Virus record (IMG/VR): IMGVR_UViG_3300044946_000086
Coordinates: 1-62,037 of that record
Direction: 5' to 3' (one strand)
Length of the DNA stretch: 62,037 nucleotides
Source of the DNA: a virus
Taxonomy: Duplodnaviria; Caudoviricetes
A program made the position numbers and the translations under genes. The notes beneath the pieces are model-generated. The model was not told where the DNA came from. It saw nothing but the letters and a program-made list of their open reading frames with translations, and searched no databases. Within the stretch, counting starts at the first letter, position 1. Each line of letters starts with the position of its first letter. This document shows positions 1-8,986 of this stretch, piece by piece.

Positions 1-126
1 CCATTGATCGACCTCTGCTCCGTGGCCTTCGACAACGGCGTGCTGCTTGCCTAGATGCTCGGCTGTTGCGCCTTCGGGTAGTGGTTTAAGTTCTGTCGCC
101 GCCAGCCCAGCGTCGGTGGGTTTGGA
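1..126. repeat. Terminal direct repeat, copy 1 (circular-assembly overlap)
   Basis: Bases 1-126 are identical to 61910-62035, and a reading frame continues in phase across the join. Confidence 0.95.
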
Positions 127-3123
127 AGTTTCTGGCTGTGATTTGTCACCCAGCGAAGCTGGCGGCGAAGAAGTGGTTTCAGTGGGCTTTTCGGGAACTT
201 GGTATCCGGCCTTTTCCAAAGTGTCACGGCTGACCGTGCTCCCTTTTGGATGGTCAGGAATATCTTCATTCAGATGATAAAATTCTACGCTGGCCTTACC
301 AGCTTTTGCCTCATCCATGTTCGCTGAACCCATGTGAGCGAATGTCGCAGGAGCGGGCTTGGCTGCTGGTGCAGGGGCAACTTGAGTCGTCGGCGCAGCG
401 GGCTTTTCACCCGATTGTTTGAGCAGCGATTCCCTGAGTCCGGCTTCGGCAGATGGGGGTGTAGGCGCAGGCTCAATAGGGGGTTCGCCCTTGGGTTCAC
501 CAGATGGAGCAGCCGGAGGGTTCTCTGGCGTTGTTGGTGTGCCTTCAGCACCTTTCTCTGGCATGGCATGTGGCACGACATGGGAAAGAGCTGACATGAA
601 AACTCCAACGAAGCCCATGTTGTCTGCTCCTTCCAAGGCCTTTGTCGCTGACACCTTGCGGGTAGGATCATAAATGTTTTTCGCCGCCACGTCTGTCGCA
701 AGTGTTTGGACAAATCCAACGCCAGAAGTCTGAATGCCCTCGCGCACAACGTCGGCCAATGCCTTTTTACCTCCATCCCCAGCCAACCATTTCAAAGCCG
801 AAGAATTTCCTCCTTTTGCTGCGTAATTTAAGAACTGAGATAAAAATGTTTTTCCTGCTACCGTTCCGCTGATGCGTTGCGATACCCGAGCAAACGGAAT
901 GAATGCTGCCATGCCTAGTGTTGTCCCGGCAATTTCAGCCAGACCAACCGCCTTGCTATAATCTTCTTTGGATATTTTACCTGCGTCGAGTTGGGGTTTC
1001 AGTGTGTTGATCGCCTCGCGCCGCATTTGATTTCCTTGCTGCGCTCCACTAGTCATTGCCGCCGCTGATTTACCAAGAAGTCCTACGGTCTTTTCACTGA
1101 GGCCAGCAGCACGGCCAGCGACACTAGCGACACCATCACTCAGAAACATCGGCACCAGTTGTCCGACAAGCTGCGGCGCTGTTCCAGTTACGAATGATTT
1201 GTCTAGTTTTTCCTGAACTTCTGGAGATACTGTTGGGTCTCCAGGGGCATTCTGCTGACTACGTTCATAGGTCTGTATCGCATCCTTGGTCTTCTGAAAC
1301 GTCTCTTGAATCCCCGGATCGTCGTTTTGTATTGGCGAATGCCTAGTAGCGAACTCCGCTGCGTCCAGCACGCCCTCTCCAACGGTTCCAACAGCACTAC
1401 GAGCGAACCGAGTCAGTTTTTCCTTCAGCGTCGGATCACGAGTCGCGTTTATGACAGCCTTCTTTTTGTCTGCATCCAGATTATTGAATCGCTGGAGATA
1501 GAGGCTATTGAGATAATCATTTTCCTTTTGCAGACTCGGCTTCATTACGTCACTCGTCTGCTTGTCGGCCAGCATTTCTTTGATGTCGGACAGGCGATTG
1601 CTCATCTTGACCAAAGATGCAGGCGTAACATCACCATTCCCGCTGCCATAGTTTCGGGCCAATGCCTGAACAGAAACGCCGCCAACGCCTTTGATGCCAC
1701 TCGCCGCAAGCTGGTAGGGTTCTTGTGCAACGCCGACAGCGGGCGGTTGAGACTGATCAGGAGACACAGCCGCAGGGTTATTGTTTTTTATCCCCTGATA
1801 AAGAGCACCGCCAAACTTATCAATCGCCCGGCCATAGGTATCTATGGCTTGCGCGTTTGCCGCCAATGTGGGATTTTGGTCATCAGGAATACCATTCTGT
1901 TTTCCCGCCATCTTGATCTCATCGGTCTGACCTACATGCGCGTGATATGTCGCCGCAGCCTTATGTAGCGCAAGGTTAAGCTGCGCCTCTTGTTTCTTTT
2001 GCCATAGCGGGCCGGGAGCATGATCTTTGTCTGGCTCCTGAATCTGGGTGCCTAAATCGGCCTGCGCCTTTGTCGTTTGGTCGAGTTGGTTTTGAAGCAT
2101 CGCCCGCTGCGATTGAAGCTTGGTCGCTGCATCAGTCGGACTTCCGCCGAACCCCATGACACCTCCAGCCGTTTCGTTAAACTTAGGGTCTTTGTCGATG
2201 GCATCGATCTGTTGTTGAAGCGCGTATGCCGTCTGCCCAAGCTGGCCGTGCTGCATCTTCGCCGCATCATACGCCTCATTGGTCGCTGAAAGCACATCCT
2301 GCATTGGCTGGATGGCCTGCTTCCATACCGCAGATTGTTGCTCATTTCGCGCCTTTAATGCCGCCCTTGCCACCTTGAAATTCGGACTCTTAATCAGGTC
2401 ATCGATATTGCCGTATGGCACCTGCTTTTCGTTCCCGAAATCGGCATAAAGTTGTTTATCGTTAGGGTCAGTCGGGTTCGCCATCAGTTCCGGCGAATCG
2501 TACTGCTTCTGACCAAACTTGTCTCGGCTCACCCATGCCGGTTGTTTTGTGTCAGGATCAATGCCCTGTTCCCGCTTGCCTTCCTCGTACAGAAGTTTGC
2601 CTGTTTCTTGGTCGATCATCGGCTGAACAAGGCCGTTTGCGTCCCGATAATACTTCTGGCCAGAACCTCGCATCTGCTGCTCAATCTGAGCATTCTTGCC
2701 ACGCAGCGAATCACGAGCATCGAGATCAGATTGCCTCAAAGCCCGCTGGTACTCTTCTGGCGGCGTCTGAGGCTGCCAGCCGGACGGAGCAAAAGGGTGC
2801 TCTTGATTCCACTGATCGCCCATCTGCTTGTCGACCGTCTTGTAAACGTCGGCATGGCGGGCATCGGCATCATCTGCCTGCCACGGCATGACTGGCGGGG
2901 CTCCCGGCGCACGCTGCGCGGGCTGTGGCGGCGGCGCAGCCTCGTGGACGACGCTCAGGTTGCTATCCTCGTCTTCGAGCGGTTGTGGGGACGCAGACGG
3001 GTTATAGGCTGGTGCCTGCTGCTTTGCCGGAGCAGTCTTTTGGGCAGGCTGGGCGTCCGCAGCATCGGTTTGATTCTGCGTGGCGACAGTAGGTTCCTCC
3101 GGGTCGGCGACTGCGGGTGGCAC
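1..3123 (-). CDS. N-terminal 1041 codons of a giant internal virion (ejected/polyvalent) protein, continuing at 61909..57635
   Basis: GTG at 3123 (MPPAVADPEEPTVATQNQ...) reads open to position 1 (...HGAEVDQW), then joins in frame to Q-V-KMPGEQ at 61909. It is absent from the ORF track because it has no stop within the linear window. Confidence 0.85.
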   Translation of the reverse strand, partial: MPPAVADPEEPTVATQNQTDAADAQPAQKTAPAKQQAPAYNPSASPQPLEDEDSNLSVVHEAAPPPQPAQRAPGAPPVMPWQADDADARHADVYKTVDKQMGDQWNQEHPFAPSGWQPQTPPEEYQRALRQSDLDARDSLRGKNAQIEQQMRGSGQKYYRDANGLVQPMIDQETGKLLYEEGKREQGIDPDTKQPAWVSRDKFGQKQYDSPELMANPTDPNDKQLYADFGNEKQVPYGNIDDLIKSPNFKVARAALKARNEQQSAVWKQAIQPMQDVLSATNEAYDAAKMQHGQLGQTAYALQQQIDAIDKDPKFNETAGGVMGFGGSPTDAATKLQSQRAMLQNQLDQTTKAQADLGTQIQEPDKDHAPGPLWQKKQEAQLNLALHKAAATYHAHVGQTDEIKMAGKQNGIPDDQNPTLAANAQAIDTYGRAIDKFGGALYQGIKNNNPAAVSPDQSQPPAVGVAQEPYQLAASGIKGVGGVSVQALARNYGSGNGDVTPASLVKMSNRLSDIKEMLADKQTSDVMKPSLQKENDYLNSLYLQRFNNLDADKKKAVINATRDPTLKEKLTRFARSAVGTVGEGVLDAAEFATRHSPIQNDDPGIQETFQKTKDAIQTYERSQQNAPGDPTVSPEVQEKLDKSFVTGTAPQLVGQLVPMFLSDGVASVAGRAAGLSEKTVGLLGKSAAAMTSGAQQGNQMRREAINTLKPQLDAGKISKEDYSKAVGLAEIAGTTLGMAAFIPFARVSQRISGTVAGKTFLSQFLNYAAKGGNSSALKWLAGDGGKKALADVVREGIQTSGVGFVQTLATDVAAKNIYDPTRKVSATKALEGADNMGFVGVFMSALSHVVPHAMPEKGAEGTPTTPENPPAAPSGEPKGEPPIEPAPTPPSAEAGLRESLLKQSGEKPAAPTTQVAPAPAAKPAPATFAHMGSANMDEAKAGKASVEFYHLNEDIPDHPKGSTVSRDTLEKAGYQVPEKPTETTSSPPASLGDKSQPETSKPTDAGLAATELKPLPEGATAEHLGKQHAVVEGHGAEVDQW

Positions 3124-3131
3124 GGAGATAG

Positions 3132-3160
3132 CAAGTATTTACGTTTGGCCTACCTGTCAA
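3132..3160 (-). promoter_or_regulatory. Sigma70-like promoter for the giant gene (nearly leaderless)
   Basis: TTGACA-N17-TACTTG, ending 8 nt before the GTG start. Confidence 0.45.
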
Positions 3161-3205
3161 TTTACGAAAATAAGGAAAAGAGTGCTGGCTATTCGCACTT
3201 ACCAG

Positions 3206-3643
3206 CTAAGCGACAAACCTTGTGCGCAAGGATTCAGCTATGACTAACTGAGCTGCCGAGTCAGAACTTAACCATTTTTTCTGAAATTTTGACCAAATTA
3301 AGTGCTGGCTTGGATTCTCAACATCAAAACATAAATGAACCTGATTCGTGAACGCTTTCTTGCAACCTTTATTCCAACTTTGGAAATTCATGTAGAAATT
3401 TTTAACCAAAAATCCCTTGCTTGAAAATGACGACACCATCCAATTCTGTCCAGAGCCATTATGAAAATCGAAAAGAACTACGTCTCCCGTTAAAAACAGC
3501 CGATGATTATGAGCAATAACACCGATAAATACATCGGCCTTATCTTCTAAATAATAGGAATTTTTTAAGACCGAATCAATCTCTAAAATTAGTTTCGGTA
3601 TGTTGCCTAGAACGCGATCAGATGGATAAGTTTTATTTTTCAT
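3206..3643 (-). CDS. AT-rich hypothetical protein (possible moron)
   Basis: 145-aa ORF starting a few nt after the terL stop; visibly more AT-rich than its neighbours. Confidence 0.55.
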   Translation of the reverse strand: MKNKTYPSDRVLGNIPKLILEIDSVLKNSYYLEDKADVFIGVIAHNHRLFLTGDVVLFDFHNGSGQNWMVSSFSSKGFLVKNFYMNFQSWNKGCKKAFTNQVHLCFDVENPSQHLIWSKFQKKWLSSDSAAQLVIAESLRTRFVA

Positions 3644-3646
3644 AAA

Positions 3647-5479
3647 TCAAGAATACGCCGCCCCGCCCATTGTCGCCTCTTGCTGGGCCTGTCTCAAGTC
3701 GGGATGGCTGGCTCCACGGAAGGTCTGCGGAAAGTATTTTGTCGCCTGTTCAATCAGGTGCAGCCCAAGAGCGATTGCGATCACATCGTCGTCGTGACTA
3801 CCGGGAGCCGCTTCGCTTCTACCCGAATCCGTTCTTACAAACTTTTGTAGTTCGCCTACAGCGTGTGGGCACCAAACGTCAATACCTGAACCCGGTGTAT
3901 CCCATTCCCTGATAGCCCGAGCCAGAGTTTCGATCAGAATTTCCCGAGTTTTCGAATTGGTCTGAAAACCTAGCGCCTTTGTCAGCGTAAATTCACGCTG
4001 GTTGAACATCTCTCGCTGATACAAATCAGCACCGCGAAGCTTCAGTAATTCCGTGAGCCCGCGATCCATGTTCATTTCGATGGCTATCTTGCAACCGTTC
4101 GATGGACCGTAAAACCGGGCCAACCTCCAAACGTCGAGTTCTAGAACGTCGATGTCCCACCGGCAAGGAATGACGCGAGCAACGGTTGCCGGTCTAACCC
4201 ACTTCCCGTCTTTTCCCCATTCGCCAGCTCGCATGATAAACGGCGCATGAAGGTCAGGGTCTTTTCCGCCAGTTTGGGTTGCGCCGGTCATCACGTCCAC
4301 TGCCTCGAGATACCTGCCGCCCGGAATCGGTTTCTCAAAAATCGTTATCCGCGCCTCGTTCTTTTCGGTCTGCCGCCATGCGAGCCTCTTGTCCTTGGTG
4401 TCCTCAAGCACGCCGTATTCTGGCGTCCTGTTCGTCAGCCGCTTCACGAGGATATTGAGCCCCGTCTGGTTGAAGCGGAGCGAACCAGATTCGATGAATG
4501 CCGTCTGCCAGCTATGTGGGTAATCTTGGTCAAAATTTCTTGGGTCTCTTTTGCATTCCCCATGGATAGCGTAGCGCCGCCAAGCAAGTTGTTCCCAAAC
4601 ATCGAAGTCATCTACCGCCGTTCCAAGTCGCGTAGTGCCGATGTCATCGCGGCCATACATTTCAATTAACTCTTTCTCGCCCTTGTATTCCTCTTCCGCG
4701 TCGATCGTGCGCTGGATGTCGCCTTTCTGCTGTGGCGTCAGGCGAATCGCGGAATCTGTGAACTCGTACCAGGGCGCGAAGCAGCGCACATACTGTCCCG
4801 GCTGAATATCGACCTCACCAGAAATGAAGGCTTCGGCGTCAACGGCACTCGTCCATCGTTCAACGAACGGCCCGGTTCCGCCTTCGGCAGTGCTCTCAAG
4901 GAAAATGTAACTGCCGGGAATGAGCGGCACGGCTTTGAGCAAGTTGGCGAGAACATCTGCGGCGTTCGCCACGCCAAACTTTGACCAGCGAGCAACCTCC
5001 GTTGCGTGCAGCAGTTGATAGGTGTCACCGATACCTGCCTGTACGTCCTTTGCCGTCTCCTTTTTAGCACGGCTGCTATTGGTAAAAGTAGCCCCCTTCT
5101 CATTTACTACGCCAGTGTTTCCCCAATCGAATGTGTCGTTCTGATGGTACACCTTGAGCATATTCCAAAGACCCACCGTCTGATCGGATTGACCACCGAT
5201 AAAGATGGCCGATGCAGAACGCCGCCGCATGAGCGTGTAGCCGAGCGCCATGCAATAGGTCGTCGATCCACGAGCACGAGGCTTCAGCAAAATCAGGCGA
5301 ACCGGAAGCTCAAGGTCTTCAAACCGATCGACCGTCTGCTGAAGCTTTTTTTGTAGGTAGTTCTGGCGAGGTTTAACCAAGCCTCCGGTTCGATCCTTAG
5401 GCCAGATTCGTCCATGCGTCTCAAACCAGGCTCCCGTGTTATCTCGCAAAGTCAGCTTTATAACGTCATTGATATTCAT
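3647..5479 (-). CDS. terL: Terminase large subunit
   Basis: Walker-A-like LILLKPRARGSTT, Walker B LLHATE, coupling motif FLESTAEG, RNase-H-type nuclease motifs EAVDV and HDDDVIAIAL. Confidence 0.92.
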   Translation of the reverse strand: MNINDVIKLTLRDNTGAWFETHGRIWPKDRTGGLVKPRQNYLQKKLQQTVDRFEDLELPVRLILLKPRARGSTTYCMALGYTLMRRRSASAIFIGGQSDQTVGLWNMLKVYHQNDTFDWGNTGVVNEKGATFTNSSRAKKETAKDVQAGIGDTYQLLHATEVARWSKFGVANAADVLANLLKAVPLIPGSYIFLESTAEGGTGPFVERWTSAVDAEAFISGEVDIQPGQYVRCFAPWYEFTDSAIRLTPQQKGDIQRTIDAEEEYKGEKELIEMYGRDDIGTTRLGTAVDDFDVWEQLAWRRYAIHGECKRDPRNFDQDYPHSWQTAFIESGSLRFNQTGLNILVKRLTNRTPEYGVLEDTKDKRLAWRQTEKNEARITIFEKPIPGGRYLEAVDVMTGATQTGGKDPDLHAPFIMRAGEWGKDGKWVRPATVARVIPCRWDIDVLELDVWRLARFYGPSNGCKIAIEMNMDRGLTELLKLRGADLYQREMFNQREFTLTKALGFQTNSKTREILIETLARAIREWDTPGSGIDVWCPHAVGELQKFVRTDSGRSEAAPGSHDDDVIAIALGLHLIEQATKYFPQTFRGASHPDLRQAQQEATMGGAAYS

Positions 5480-6147
5480 TTCACATGAGCCCATTTTTTA
5501 CCGTGAATCACGTTGTATATGGTCGTGTCGCTAACACCAAATTTACGTCCTAACGCACTCTTATTTGTAAATCCTTCAGAGAAAAGAACCCTTATTTTTC
5601 TAACACGTTTCTCGGTCAACTTGTGCCATTTATACGCCTCTCCTCGAATGACCTTTTCTGGATACATGCGCATTGGATTCTTGTCTCCCCATGCCAATCT
5701 CTCAGGGTGCGTTCTTGAACCATTTCTATCGCCACGGGCAAGTCTTTCCGGGTGAAGCCTTGCAAAGCTTTGATCTCCGCGACGAATCCGCTCCGGGTGA
5801 CGCTTCATCCAGTGCATCTTCCCTCTTATCCAACGAGCCCTTCCCTTTCTTATCATGTCATGAGTATTGTCTTTATCTGTCCCTGCAAACAGATGGGCTG
5901 GGTTTACGCATGGAGGATTGTCACAATGGTGGCAGACATTAGGTTTGTCTTTCGGAATCGCACCGTTTTTTTCCACGAAAGAGACTCTGTGGGCCATAAC
6001 TGTTTTTCCGTTTAATCTCAATGTTCCGTATCCGGCCACGCTTTTACCACCAGTCCAAACCCAACAGGCGTTTGACCCATCAGATTTCTTTATCCTAGAA
6101 TAAAACCTCCGCCTGTCTTTATCAGAATGTATTCGAAGGTCCTTCAT
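5476..6147 (-). CDS. HNH homing endonuclease with C-terminal HTH
   Basis: CWVWTG...GYG...AHRVS...VCHHCDNPPCVNPAHLFAGTDKDN motif, RGD..HPERL repeats and a C-terminal HTH. Confidence 0.9.
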   Translation of the reverse strand: MKDLRIHSDKDRRRFYSRIKKSDGSNACWVWTGGKSVAGYGTLRLNGKTVMAHRVSFVEKNGAIPKDKPNVCHHCDNPPCVNPAHLFAGTDKDNTHDMIRKGRARWIRGKMHWMKRHPERIRRGDQSFARLHPERLARGDRNGSRTHPERLAWGDKNPMRMYPEKVIRGEAYKWHKLTEKRVRKIRVLFSEGFTNKSALGRKFGVSDTTIYNVIHGKKWAHVK

Positions 6148-6605
6148 GGGTCTTTTGCCATCACACCATTACACGGGGTAAAGCCAAACTTTTTGTAGAA
6201 TCTAGTCGCCGCTTCAGGGAATTGCGCCAACTCAGTGCCGAGGATGCAGCAAGTGCCTTTGACCTCTGGATGCTCCAAAATGTCCTGCATCAGTCGTGTG
6301 CCAAGTCCCTGCTTCCGATACTGCTCATCGATCACCAAGTCCATGATCGAGCTGAACGTAATGCCATCGCCGACCACACGAGCGAAGCCAATCATGTCGA
6401 GTTGGACGGGCTCGCCAACATGACGGTACAGGCCAAAGCACAGGCTTTTGTCCGATGAAATGGCATCGCATATTCGATCAACAGCCGCGCCTTTTCCCCA
6501 AGGCATCGACTGAATCTCGGGCACCAGCCAAGTGCAGTCGATCAGCTTTTTGTCGGTGCTGATAGTGAACTCGGTGACGGGGATTGCCATTGCTACCATG
6601 CTCAT
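6144..6605 (-). CDS. GNAT family acetyltransferase
   Basis: IGFARVVGD...MDLVIDEQYRKQGLGTRL (acetyl-CoA motif A) and FYKKFGF. Confidence 0.88.
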   Translation of the reverse strand: MSMVAMAIPVTEFTISTDKKLIDCTWLVPEIQSMPWGKGAAVDRICDAISSDKSLCFGLYRHVGEPVQLDMIGFARVVGDGITFSSIMDLVIDEQYRKQGLGTRLMQDILEHPEVKGTCCILGTELAQFPEAATRFYKKFGFTPCNGVMAKDP

Positions 6606-7312
6606 CCTTTTGAAAGTGCCGCGACGATTTCACGGCGTTTTTGGATTAAAAATTCCGTTGGCGACGTTGCGCGATCACCGCCGTCTGGGCCTTCGTTTAT
6701 TGGGTGACGGAGCCCACCAAGGCCGATGTGATCTAAATAACTTATTCGAGAGATAGCGCAGTGATTACCAAGTAGGTCTGGAATCTGCCAGTCAAATGCC
6801 GTGATCTGTCCGACAACAGGCAGAAGGATTTTAACGTGATTTCGGCTTAGAAGATAGCTGACGCCTGGAGCATACCTACGAATAATGACTTCTGATTGTG
6901 GATCGTCTATCCGTGTATTTCCAGCCAATCTTTCGTGCGCCTGCGTGTTGTAAAGCCCGATCAAAATATCGCCGTATTTTTCACGGAGATGAAGTGCATA
7001 TTCTCTCCATGAAATATCGTGTATCGTATCGTGATCCGTGAAATATAGTAGGTCGCAGTCTGACTCCCAAAATTCGTGCAACTGGATTCTGCGATTGGCT
7101 TCTATCCCAAGCGGGAGCCCAGACGGGGATGCCTCGATTGCCCTGTCAGCCCACTGACGAAGCCAATGCGTGTCATATTCAACAGAACCATCGTTCCTGC
7201 AAACAAACACGTCTTGGTCACCGACTGACGCACGAAGCGTCGGAAGGCATTGCTCGGCGATTTGACGCCGGTTATGACAGGATACCGCGATGTAGATGCG
7301 CTCTTGAATCAT
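6602..7312 (-). CDS. GT-A fold (GT2-like) glycosyltransferase
   Basis: IYIAVSCHNR...NDGS...LYFTDHD (DxD)...DHIG. Confidence 0.8.
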   Translation of the reverse strand: MIQERIYIAVSCHNRRQIAEQCLPTLRASVGDQDVFVCRNDGSVEYDTHWLRQWADRAIEASPSGLPLGIEANRRIQLHEFWESDCDLLYFTDHDTIHDISWREYALHLREKYGDILIGLYNTQAHERLAGNTRIDDPQSEVIIRRYAPGVSYLLSRNHVKILLPVVGQITAFDWQIPDLLGNHCAISRISYLDHIGLGGLRHPINEGPDGGDRATSPTEFLIQKRREIVAALSKG

Positions 7313-8004
7313 ACCCAATTCCTCAGTCCATCGGTTGCCGCTTCCGGGTTGCGCTCAAAGAAAAGTTTGCGGCCTTGCTCGTAGTTCTCAGGCGAGTTTT
7401 GCCTTTCGTAAGTCGCATCAAAAGGAACAGTCTTATTGTGGTAATGATGCTCGTGCTTGAACACCAAGTCTCGTGCATTGATTACATTGCAATTCCCGTC
7501 GCGTGAATCGCGGTAAGCCCTCCATGAAAATTCGTCATCTGAAAATACTGAGGTATAGCCCGGATGCAGGAACTCTCCTTGTTGGCAGTACCTTGATCTA
7601 TTGCAGATGGCCGTCACCAGCAAACCGTCTTTCCGGTAGCCATCTGACACGGCTAAAACCGTAGGCTTATAGAAGTCCATTCGACGCATAATCTGCAAAT
7701 CGAAACTTTCCGGTGGCTCAATGTCATCGCTGGCCTGAATCAGAATATGCCCCACGCTCCGCTTCGCCGCAGTATTCCATGCCGGTGCCGAGCCACGTCC
7801 TTCGTTAAAGCAGACGAACGCATGGTGGAACTTCGTCGGACCGAAAATCAGGTTTCGCCGCGTGTGCTCGTCTTCCTCGTCAACACAGAAGATGTATTCG
7901 ACTGCTGACGGCGCAGCGGCGCGAGCCTCCCACATTTTCATCGCGGCAATCGCCTTTTCAGGACGGCCACGGGTGGCGTGCAGAATTGAAAATGTCAGAT
8001 TCAT
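7309..8004 (-). CDS. GT2-like glycosyltransferase
   Basis: SILHATRGRP...IFCVDEED...AWNTAAK...ILIQASDD...FSDDE...FKHEH. Confidence 0.82.
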   Translation of the reverse strand: MNLTFSILHATRGRPEKAIAAMKMWEARAAAPSAVEYIFCVDEEDEHTRRNLIFGPTKFHHAFVCFNEGRGSAPAWNTAAKRSVGHILIQASDDIEPPESFDLQIMRRMDFYKPTVLAVSDGYRKDGLLVTAICNRSRYCQQGEFLHPGYTSVFSDDEFSWRAYRDSRDGNCNVINARDLVFKHEHHYHNKTVPFDATYERQNSPENYEQGRKLFFERNPEAATDGLRNWV

Positions 8005-8729
8005 TCGACACACTCCAGTAGCAGTCGGCGGGCGATGTTATAGGCTGAGTCGTCTTTGTAGCCGTGAACAAGCACCGGGAATCTGCCGTCCGCATGACAG
8101 ACAGATCCTCGCATATCTTGCTCAGTAGCGTTGCGCGATTCAAAGCAGTTTTTAATCTGATGCGTCGGCCACCAGTTTTGATAGATGTCGGGCACGATTG
8201 AGCAGTCCCAAGCCAAATACTCATTAAACACGCCTTCGCTTAACACCTCGAAAATACTAGGCTTTAATATGCAGTTACCATTCAGGTGCCCGTGCTCGCC
8301 GCCAGACGGCCTCCATGCGCCCATCATCAGCACGCCATGAGGATGCGCTTGGTTCCATTCCTCGAGCAGTAGGTTTATCCAATTCGCGTGAACCGGAACG
8401 CAGTCAGGTTCGATTAGGATTAAAGCGTCTTTACGCGATACCTCGCCAGCCTTAACTCGGTTGAGCATCCAACGAAGAAGATCGAATGCCATGCCGTTCG
8501 GCCCAGCCGGCCACCCTGTCCACGGTGTCGAAGTATTGAACCTCGTCACCTGAAATCTATCCGCACAGTACCGCTCCGTCTCTTCGTCGTGATCACAATC
8601 GAACCGCGCACAGAACACGAGTTCAACGTCATCCCGTTTCACCGGCTCAATGTCCGTAATGAAGCGTGCCAGCCGCATCGCGGTGGCTTTGTCAGCTTCG
8701 TATAACTGGAGACAAATCACTGTTTTCAT
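8001..8729 (-). CDS. Divergent GT-A-like nucleotide-sugar transferase
   Basis: LILIEPDCVP (ExD in place of DxD), HLNGNC and LVHGYKD; paralogous to the N-terminal half of 8983..10629; lies within the GT operon. Confidence 0.55.
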   Translation of the reverse strand: MKTVICLQLYEADKATAMRLARFITDIEPVKRDDVELVFCARFDCDHDEETERYCADRFQVTRFNTSTPWTGWPAGPNGMAFDLLRWMLNRVKAGEVSRKDALILIEPDCVPVHANWINLLLEEWNQAHPHGVLMMGAWRPSGGEHGHLNGNCILKPSIFEVLSEGVFNEYLAWDCSIVPDIYQNWWPTHQIKNCFESRNATEQDMRGSVCHADGRFPVLVHGYKDDSAYNIARRLLLECVE

Positions 8730-8986
8730 TCGATTGTCATTCCCGGTTGTGTGCGCCTATGAATTTCAAGCCCGTCGTAAGTTGGAACGCTCGGGCCGAT
8801 GCAACTCACGCCTATCATACGCAAAATATCGTCCATCTCGTCTTGAAGTTGAAACCATTTTATATGCCCAAGGATGACACGACGCGGTTTATCACCAGTA
8901 GCCATCTCAAACTCTATCCGACCTTCATGGATACAGTCGGTGATAGAACGGTCTTGACCTCGCATGATTTTAATTACTGGTGTCAT
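8726..8986 (-). CDS. Hypothetical protein
   Basis: 86-aa ORF (MTPVIKIM...) with 4-bp start/stop overlaps on both sides. Confidence 0.6.
   Translation of the reverse strand: MTPVIKIMRGQDRSITDCIHEGRIEFEMATGDKPRRVILGHIKWFQLQDEMDDILRMIGVSCIGPSVPTYDGLEIHRRTQPGMTIE

Noticed and set aside
1306-3243. Plus-strand ORFs 1306..1968 and 2452..3243
   Set aside because: Antisense shadows of the giant minus-strand gene.
5476-6147. HNH as a group I intron or intein in terL
   Set aside because: It is a freestanding ORF upstream of an intact terL, with simple 4-bp overlaps.
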